Positions 55,035-64,000 of a DNA stretch of 64,000 nucleotides are shown here, one piece after another. The position numbers were made by a program, and so were the translations under genes. Position 1 is the first letter of the stretch, and each line of letters opens with the position of its first letter. The notes beneath the pieces were generated by a model that was given only the letters and a program-made list of their open reading frames with translations, was not told the origin of the DNA and made no database searches. The stretch covers positions 14,521,958 to 14,585,957 of the forward strand of contig JARFYF010000046.1 of the NCBI GenBank assembly GCA_030265395.1, read 5' to 3'. The DNA is from Rhina ancylostomus (lineage: Eukaryota).

Positions 55035-55150
55035 AAAAGCAGATGCTACAAATCTGGAACCAAAACAATTCAGATGTGGTTCCTTCATCAAAACTGGAAC
55101 TAATTTTCTGGTGAAGGATCCACTCCCAAGATATTAACTGGTCCTTTCTT
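55035..55150. mobile_element. Short palindromic PLE pLTR-derived remnant
   Basis: gcagatgctacaaatctggaa...tccttcatcaaaa / ttctggtgaagga. Confidence 0.55.
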
Positions 55151-55529
55151 GTCTAATGTTTGAGTGTCTCCATCATTTCAGACTTTGGTTCAAGTTTTCT
55201 ATAATATCCTTTATTTTGAAAAAATATACAGTCATTTTTTTCAAACCAGTACAGAAAAATAAAACAATCTCCTGCTCTATTAATGTTTTTGCAGAAGTTG
55301 AAACCAAGCAGATTTACCTTGTGCCTGTCATTCCACAGCTGAGCAGAAGTCTTGATTAAAAAACTTCACTGTGAAAAACTTCACTCTAACACCTAGCAAA
55401 TATTTTCAACATTGCATTGCAATAACTCCTGTTTAATAGCGCATTTGGAAACTTATAAACCAATTGATGCTATATCTATTAGAACCCCTTTAAAGTGTTG
55501 AAGCACCTACACAACAAATTTCCTCAAAA

Positions 55530-55602
55530 GTGGTCAGCATGGACCAGTTGGGCCAAAGGGCCTGTTTCCAGGCTGTATGACTCCATGACACTATGACTCT
55601 AA
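55530..55602 (+). mobile_element. CR1/HE1 3' tail
   Basis: tggtcagcatggaccagttgggccaaagggcctgtttccaggctgtatgactccatgacactatgactcta. Confidence 0.75.
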
Positions 55603-55733
55603 GTGAATTCCAAGCTAAATTAACCTCTGGAATAAACTATATGGTAAACTGGGCTCTAAATCTTTAAGAAATACTTCTAAATCAAAGAGCACTGTTTTTC
55701 TTCCTTCTCCTTAACTGAAAGAAGCATTACATA

Positions 55734-56263
55734 TGTTACGTACCAACAGCAAAAGAAACACACTGAGTAGTGGATAAGTGTCAGAAACTATTTTATTATT
55801 AACTACTTATGATAATAAAAAAAGTAAAAATGTTAGAACATTAGATGTAAAAATCTTAGATCTTAAACATTAACCCCAAATCTAAACCTGAAGTGTGTGT
55901 GTGTGGCAAGTTCCCAAACCCCAAGTCCAGGATTAGTTCTCAAAGTTCAGTTCAGCAAGCCATAATGTGAAATGTGAGCAAAGGCTTTTGCAAAACCACA
56001 GCTGACTGAAGAGAAAATGTAGAGCTAAAATAGAGAGAAGTTATGAAATCCAAATGTTCCATGATGGAACCTATACGACACCTCGATTACTGATGATCTC
56101 CATTCTTTGTTCCGAAGTATCTGCCANNNNNNNNNNNNNNNNNNNNNNNNNNNNNNNNNNNNNNNNNNNNNNNNNNNNNNNNNNNNNNNNNNNNNNNNNN
56201 NNNNNNNNNNNNNNNNNNNNNNNNNNGAAGGGACATTCACCAATAGTAACCTAATCTGTAACA
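55734..56263 (-). mobile_element. Probable solo LTR with 4-bp TSD (spans an N-gap)
   Basis: Termini TGTTAC...GTAACA, flanked by cata (55730-55733 and 56264-56267); homologous to 12257-12506. Confidence 0.8.
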
Positions 56264-56344
56264 CATACAGTGATTGCTGAAAAATATTACCTACTGTGCT
56301 ACACTTCTGAGTACCAAACAAGAAGCAAAAATTGACTGGAAGAT

Positions 56345-56550
56345 ATACCATATTTTATTGGTGAAACAACATCTGTGGACTAAATAAGCTTTCAAGTCAA
56401 TGATATTTCATCAGAATATTCTGATGAAAGGTCATGACATTCATCATTAATTTTGTTTCACTCTCCACATATGTAGCCAGAGCTACTGAGCATTTCCAGC
56501 ATTCTCTGTTTTTATTTACGATGCCAGCATTCACAGGATTTTATTTTTGT
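56345..56550. mobile_element. Palindromic PLE pLTR-derived element
   Basis: Centre tttcatcagaat-attctgatgaaa is a perfect palindrome of two CTGATGA cores. Confidence 0.75.
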
Positions 56551-57049
56551 ATTGCTGGTTACCTTTTCCCTTTGGTCTGTAATACCTCAGGTTGAGGAGG
56601 AAATCATGTTTGTTATGTGTGAATATCAATGAAAAGTTTGTGTAATAAATAATGCACTATAAGTTCAGCTCTGAACACAAACCTCAACAAGAGTTCACCA
56701 TGTTTATGTCATATAAAGAGAATCATATTTGTTAGGTTCTCTTTGATATATAATTACCACTTAACACTTATTTCTGAATCAGGTCCATTCTACAACTGAT
56801 TCATTGTACATAGAGATAACTAGAAATAACATGTATTGACAAATACAATGTTCTTATTGCTCCTGGTATCTTTTTCGTGCTAGTACTTCAGGTGCCATTC
56901 CTATTATCAAAGTAACATTGTTGCTTTGTAGACAAACTACAGAAAACACAAGATTCAAAATAATGCACTACACTCAAACTGTTGCCCTTCCACAGGGACT
57001 GTAACCCAGAACTTGTGATTTTGATTTTTCTTTAATGCAAAATATTTGA

Positions 57050-57310
57050 GAATGAGTTAGTGACAGCATAATAAAGTTACAGGATATGCATCCAGGCACC
57101 TGGACTATTGATCCAGAGACAAGTGTTTGAATTCCACCTACACACTGGGGGATTTAAATTCAGGTCATTGAACAAATCTAGAAATATAAAGAGATAATCC
57201 TGGTAAATGTAACAGGGAAAGTAACAGATTGATTTGCAAACACATTTGGTTCATTAAGATGCTTCAAGGGAAAAAAATCAACCATCCCTCCCGATACATG
57301 ACCAACATAT
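57050..57310 (+). mobile_element. tRNA-derived SINE, decayed
   Basis: cctggactattgatccagagacaagtgtttgaattccac...ggatttaaattcag...tggttcattaagatgcttcaagggaa. Confidence 0.6.
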
Positions 57311-57504
57311 TTTTAATTTGACCCCTTCATAAACGTAACAGAAGAAAGTTGGAAAAGACCATCACCAAGCTGTAAGGTGTATGAGGTATGCTTTGCAACA
57401 ATGGCAAAAGTCAAATTGGAAATATTTGTATAGCAGGCTGTTGTACTGAAACAGTAACTTGTTTAAAATAATGAGCTGAAGAATGTAAATACATTAATAA
57501 TTTG

Positions 57505-57726
57505 CAACAAACAATCTGCTGGAGGAACTCATCAGGTCAAGCAGCATCTGTGGGAGGAGAGGAATAGTTGACATTTCATGTTGAAACCCTTCATCAGGAC
57601 CTGATGTAGGGTTTTGATGCAGAACATCGACAATTCCTTTCCTCCCACAGATGCTGCTCAACTCACTGAGTTCCTCCAGCAGATTGTTTGTTGCTCCAGA
57701 TTCCAGCATCTCCAGTCTCTTGTGTC
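57505..57726. mobile_element. Palindromic PLE pLTR-derived element with perfect 15-bp TSD
   Basis: Arms caacaaacaatctgctggaggaactca / tgagttcctccagcagattgtttgttg; tacattaataatttg occurs at 57490-57504 and 57727-57741. Confidence 0.9.
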
Positions 57727-60282
57727 TACATTAATAATTTGTCTGCTAATAACACCAACATTTGATACATGACTACTTCTGATGATGTCTGGTTTTGCTT
57801 GTGCACTGCTTCAAGTTGATTTGTAATCTTCATAAGAGGGAGGAAAGTCAGGCTGTGGTATTAATTCTGTTCTTTTTTAAACAATTGCACTTTCCATTTA
57901 TGAAGCAGTGGAAGAACTCCTACTGTAAGCCAGAAGTCAATCATATTGTTTCATGAAAGCACTCAGCAACCATTATACAATGAAAGGAAGAAAACTATGA
58001 TTTGTAAACACACCAAATGAAGAGTATAAGGATTCATTGCATTCAAAGGCTAGGGTCTCTAAACTGTGATCTCTAAAAAGTATCTTCCTCTCATTGAGTG
58101 CATGAATTTTAGTTTCTCCTCTTCATTTTGATGCACATACCACCTGAACAAGAGTTCAGTTTAGATTGTACATGAAATTGGCTATGCATATAATTCACAT
58201 GAAATTACCAAAGTAATGCAGATTTAATGATCCATTCTATTGCAGATAACCTGATATATTTTTAAAATAGGAATGCATAATATGGCAGGCATTTACAAAT
58301 TACTTTGGACTGATTCATTGAAAGATTCCTCTTGGCTTTGTGAGCAGCAAGTGCACAACTCAGCTTGACATGGGAGTGGTGTGATATTAATCAGACTTTT
58401 TTCTCAATTTTTGGAAAAAAATCTTTAATCATTCAAACATTTCAGATCTTGCAAAATGCAGTGGACCCTGTTGCATTCCAAATAGCTGATTTATTAAAAT
58501 AAGCTTTACCTTCCAAAGGCTTAGTAGGTAGCTACTGAAGCAGAGTATCTCCTGACACCAGCAAATGCAAATTTGCTAGTATCTAATTCAAATGACATGT
58601 GGCTCTTTTATCTTATTTAGTTTCAACAGTTCTTTGCATTAATGCTGCCTGAATTTGGGAATGTATATTGAAGCTTCCCACTTTTCCTATATTTTATTCA
58701 CACAATTCCATGCAAGAGACTCTTATATCAGATGTGGTGTCAATTTATTTCAAAAATACATTAAAATGTGTTAGTTCATATTGACAATTTGTTTAAATTA
58801 CAAAGAAAATTAGAAACTTTAAAAAAATCCTTACTTTAATCTAGTATGAGCATATTTCTACTTTGGTAATATATAAATATAAATTTTCAGTTTCTAACAG
58901 ATAGAATGATGCTTCATGTGTTCAGTTTATCTTTAAAGACATTGGACATGCTGATGCATGATACTTAAATCCCACTTTCTATTTTTCTTTCTCTTATTTT
59001 TCGTGTTTGTTCATGTTTCTCCACATAGATCTCGTGCTTTTTCTGCCTGTTATTTCCACATTCCTGTTTCTGACTTTCATCGTCTTTTCTTTCCCATTCT
59101 GTAAAACAAGGGAGACAATCCTTTGGAACAAATATAAAATTATATGACTGTGATCCAGTTAAGAGTCACGATGGCAGTGGTTACATGTTTCGGCTAAGTT
59201 CTTTTTGTAACTAAATCTTCACATAAGTCTAGAGCTGGTGCATTACCTCGTTGTCTTCTGCAGGATTTACTGGGGGATCAAGTGAAACATCCCTGAAGCA
59301 CTTCTGCTCGAAACTGATGTCCTACAGTATTAGCTGCTGCTCTATGTGTCTGTGTATCACTGCAGTCAATATCTTAGTCCCTGGCACTTCTTCATCATTT
59401 GTCAAACTGTAGGTATGTTATCTGCTTCTGCAACTAACAGTATTAATTTTTGTTTATATTTTCCATTTATCAGATATATCAAAATATTTAAATTATTTCC
59501 CAAGAGCACTAAATGCTGCCACCCACCTCTCTTATTGTGTGTAGTAGAAGAGCACAAATATAACACTATTTGACAATGGCAGAAAAAATATTCTACTGTA
59601 AAAGGGGATATTGTCTGTCAAAAAATATCCTTCAAAAATGTGTGGGGATCAAGCAAAAAAGAAATTGAATCTTTCTGAACTGAGAAAGTAATGATGTGCT
59701 GTTGAATTAAATGAGCTTAATGCACATCATTAGAAAATAAGATTGTTTTTCAAAATTTGCCCAAGGAAAATAAGTGAAATCAATCTTATGTTGAGTATTA
59801 GTTATTACCTCAACTATGATCAGAGACTGTTAAGTTCTGTTTTAACTGCTCGGGACACCATTATTTATCTTGCTTTGAAGATTTTATTACCTGGATTTCA
59901 GAATTATTTACTCATCATCTACTACAGACTCAAATGTTCATAAGAGTTTGATAATTTTATCTTTCATTAATATTCTGAAGAAAAATAGCTTCAGCCACTT
60001 TGGCAAATCGTATGGTTACTTTAATGTACATTTTCTGTAATTGTAATTATCCTTTTAATTACATTGGTAATTATTAGCAATAAAAATGCAAGTTTTCCCC
60101 CAAAACGTTATTGCTTAAAAACTTATTTTGTTATTGTGAACTAAATGCAGGCAATTCGTAATGGGCATCCCTCGTCAGCGAGGTAAGAGAAGGCACAAAC
60201 TACACATGTGCTGTACATTCGAGTCAGAATGTGATGTTTATATTTTAAGTTTGGAAACGTCCTGGTTGTGTATTTGCTTAAT

Positions 60283-60450
60283 CAAAAGGTTGTGATTAAA
60301 CTAACTCATAACCAGGAATGTGGTATTCTATTAAAAGAGTATTGTTCATGATTCTTTTGTGAGGTTCTTGTATTGTTAATTGGCTCTGACCTGAAAGGTT
60401 ATCATCTCTTAAATATGCACACACAAAACTATATTTGGACTCTAGTCAGA

Positions 60451-60487
<37 letters not shown>

Positions 60488-60762
60488 TATGGATTCGATG
60501 TTTGTGTTCATTATTCGTTTCATATATGATTAAAAATTTCCGATGCACGATTCAGAGTTGATTATATAGCCTCGAGAAATCTGGCGATGTGGTGCAACTG
60601 ATTCAGTCTGGAAAGACCATGAAATCTGAGGTTTGATGTCCAAATGTTAGGGACACATAGGTGCCTTTAAGTTCTACAGAGTTGGTTGAAATAACCTGCA
60701 ATATATAAATGATCGACCAAAAGATTGTGATTAAACTAACTCATAACCAGGAATGCGCTATT
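60283..60762. repeat. 45-bp direct repeat pair (60283-60327 / 60718-60762)
   Basis: caaaag[g/a]ttgtgattaaactaactcataaccaggaatg[t/c]g[g/c]tatt; 3 mismatches, 435 bp apart. Confidence 0.9.
60453..60484. repeat. (GT)n microsatellite
   Basis: 16 GT units. Confidence 0.95.
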
Positions 60763-63699
60763 ATGAATATAAAACAAAAACTTGGAGTGACAAGTCCTTT
60801 TAAACCCGGTAATACAGGTTTGAACAGCATCACGCTGTGCAGTAGAGATGTTACCTCGGGTAAACCTCAAACAGCAAACAAAAAAATCGAGTCGGTGCCC
60901 TAGAAAACGATCATTTATGATCGACACACATTTCTATAACTTGACAGAGATCGCATAGTCTAGATCAATGCCAATTAGGTTGCAGTTTTTCATTAATAGA
61001 TTCGCGTCGGATACCAAAAGTCTTGAAGGATAGTTTGTGTTGCTTGCGGTGTTAATCCAATATCAATGCTGGCACCTGAAACTAGACAGAGATGTGAAGC
61101 TGACTACAAGGGGATGCGGAAGGGGCGTTCTGCAGAAGCCCAATTTAATAAATAAACGCCGTGCTAGAGGAATTAGATGCAGAAGGCATGGCCGATCGCT
61201 TGGCTGGGTGGTGGGCCCTGAAGAATGGATTGGAGTAAAATAGAGACAGCGGGGTTTAGAGTTGAATTCCTGACCGAGGGGACTCAGGTGGTTAAAAGTA
61301 AGTCAATCCTTCAGCGGAAGTGCAGTCTGAGCAAGGAGACATTATAGTGAGTGGGTTAGAGCGCCAAATGTAAGGTAAGGTTTTACAATGATTGTAGAAC
61401 AACCTTCATTAATGAAATAGGCACCGGCGCATAAAATCATGCTTTCTGTTTTCTATTGATTCCACAGAGCTGGCCAATTTTTAATCGCATCCTTTATGGA
61501 TCAGTGTTAAAATTCAACGTTAAGCAGGACAGCCACACCTGTTCACGAGATTAATGCTTTTAACACGATGTTAGATGGCCAGAAAGAGCAGGGTGCTGCT
61601 TTAAAACACCCGCACACACTGCCAATGGGCTGTACAGAGATTAAACACAGGAGCTTCTGATGATTATCCTGTTTAATAAATACCTGAACTCAGACACGTT
61701 ACCTTCGGTGAGACCCGGTGTCCATCTCCAGCCCAGGAGGGAGAAACAGTGTATTTTCAGTTTGAATGACCTTATTGAGAGTTTATTGATGACACTTAAA
61801 TGAGCTCCAAAAAGTCTGCATTTTTTAAACTGTCAGACCCGGGTACAGATATGCTCGCGATCAAAGGCTGCACTTTGGCGTGTAAATTTATAGCAGTCGG
61901 GAGGAACAATACCCAACATTATCCCCGAGGAAATGTGTGTCCAAGGGAGAAAACGGAGCGTCAGAAAACTATTTCTTGTTTGAAGAATATTCTTTTATTG
62001 AATTACCCCCTCCCCCCACTAAAAGTCGTCGGACAAAAATATAATTGCTAAGTAAGAATGATGTCAAACATGAATTAAACTCTCCGCTGGACCAGGACGA
62101 AAAGAACTGTTTCACGAATCGGAAGAAACGTGTTTATATTTAAAAATCAGAAATCGGGGAGGTGAATCCTTACAGCAGATTAAAGAGCCACTGATAAGTT
62201 ATGTTAAAGGCAACCAGTGGTTTATGCCCACAACTAGCAGTCTGCACTCAACGACACGGTTGACTGGAAAATGCCAGCGCGACAATGGTGCAAAGGGATA
62301 TTTGCAAAGGCACGGGATATAAATTAAATGCAGAACTGCCTTTTATTTGCGATTACAGCCCGATACTCGATTAACTTGTTAATCATCCGATGATTTTTTT
62401 TAACTGCGTTATCAGCCCCGATATCAACATTGGCTCAAAAATACTCGCAGACGACTATAAAATAAAACTCTATTCCGATCACCGACGCAGAAATTTATTT
62501 CCTCACCTCTGTTGAACTAATTAGTATTTGTTTTGCAAATATAAAAGTCTATTGTTTTTCTTCCCCTGGTTGAGGTTCAGGGAAAAGCACTACGTGAAAC
62601 CAAATTTACACAACAGTATCCATCGAAGAGTAAACTGCTGGCAGACTTGGGAAGCAGAACGCCGGTTTTATGATTTCAAATCAAACAAATGAATTCCGCA
62701 AGTCAATAGCCGGACAATTTGCAGAGGTTCCATTAGGTAATGGGTTTAGAAGAATAATGCCTTTAACAGTCCAATAATGACGCCTTCACTGTTAAGTGAA
62801 CTCAAACTCAAACTCAAAAGAAACGACAACCTTTCTCTCTTTCAGACACCAGCCGGCCCGCTGTAAAATTAGGACTGCTTTTCATCCGATGCCATTCAGT
62901 TGACTCAACTTCAACACTTGTGTCATTCCCCTCCTCTGTGTTTCAGTTCTGTTTGTTTACTGGCTTGGAAGGATTCTGATACATTTTCCGGTTCTAACAT
63001 GAACTTCATCACACTTCACTTTTGCAACAAATTCTTTATGTCTTTCTTTTCCAACCCCGCAATTACCGCGGAGATTGTGAAAACAGAGGCACATTTTAAA
63101 ACTAACCGACATTCCAATATTATCAACATGCCATACAATTGAAATATTTTTATTTTTGGTTAAGATTTTACTGCTGTTGTTACTATTCCCCAATGAAAAA
63201 GTGGCTTGAAATTATTTGAGAAAGGTAAAATAAAGTGCACTTCAGCCAAGTAACTTCGAGTTCCACGGCCTCTCCAGCTTGACATTTCTTTCGTCATGCT
63301 GTTCCATCTAGCTTGGCATAAACCATGCCTCGCTGGACGTGACAAGCATTCCTCCCCACACTAGTCCACGGGCAGGATTTGTCAGAATCAGATTGAGAGC
63401 AACAGTCAAGGAATTCGCCCTTTGATAGAGACTTGACCTGAAACGCAAGTGTGTGAGATCAAGCCACTAACGCTGGGGCAAATGTTCCCCCGATCCTCCG
63501 TCCAATATCTGCAGTACTGACAGCTGAGGTTCGTCCTAAGTTGTAGACTTGCCGGGGATGGGGGAAGTCCGAGGCAGTTGCGAATTCGAGAGAAAAACGA
63601 ATGGCTTGTTGAAATACAACCGATCACTTCCATAATTTTCAAACAAAAACTTGTGTTTTTTTGTGGGATGTTAAAAAACTCTCTCTACCTTCCCGGGTA

Positions 63700-63930
63700 A
63701 AAGGTCCCAGGGCACCAGCCTAGAGGAGAGTTATCTGAATAGGGGAGTGTTTTGGCCAATGTTCAATCCTCAATGAGCACAGCCAGCCTTGTCATTGACA
63801 CTTTGTTACTTGTGGGAGCTTGCTGTGTGCAAAATGGCTGACATGTTCCTTGCACTGCAACGCTAAAGACCAATTACTTGACTACAGAGCCCTTTGGGAC
63901 GGCGAAAGGCGCTACACAAAGGCAATCTAT
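63700..63930 (+). mobile_element. DeuSINE-type SINE, 3' half
   Basis: ttgtgggagcttgctgtgtgcaaaatggctg...ctttgggacggcgaaaggcgctacacaaaggcaa. Confidence 0.7.
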
Positions 63931-64000
63931 AAACCAATATCGTTAATTATTTAACTTTAAAATACTAACAAAATTTCCTATAAGTATTACTTGTGCTCTC

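Larger units (their letters stand above)
60150..64000. promoter_or_regulatory. CpG-retaining, TE-poor domain (probable non-methylated island / methylation valley edge)
   Basis: About 20 CpGs counted by eye in 62041-62520, against almost none in comparable stretches such as 2401-2880, without a large rise in GC. Confidence 0.65.

Noticed and set aside
60283-60762. CRISPR-like repeat-spacer reading of the direct repeats
   Set aside because: Only two units, a 390-bp spacer, vertebrate context and no cas genes
63406-63642. Cys-containing 78-aa ORF in the CpG domain
   Set aside because: No recognisable domain or zinc-finger spacing; length is within chance

Overview
This is AT-rich, non-coding vertebrate DNA with several N-gaps. 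The repeat families point to a cartilaginous fish, probably a batoid (ray, skate or sawfish); this is an inference. I could not support any protein-coding gene, and nearly all ORF-track entries are chance ORFs or antisense readings of decayed retroelements. The window is mostly a layered transposon fossil record: CR1, L2 and Rex1/Babar LINE fragments, HE1-type and DeuSINE-type SINEs, Harbinger remnants, two copies of one LTR, and about a dozen short Penelope-derived elements, many palindromic and carrying decayed hammerhead-ribozyme cores. Non-TE signals worth a second look are a structured promoter/first-exon candidate near 39.9 kb, a 46-bp near-perfect inverted repeat pair (43.3/43.9 kb), a 45-bp direct repeat pair (60.3/60.7 kb), and an abrupt shift to CpG-retaining, TE-poor DNA from about 60.1 kb. 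TE boundaries were set by eye and are approximate, and family names come from recalled consensus features rather than searches. I found no convincing novel multi-gene system.
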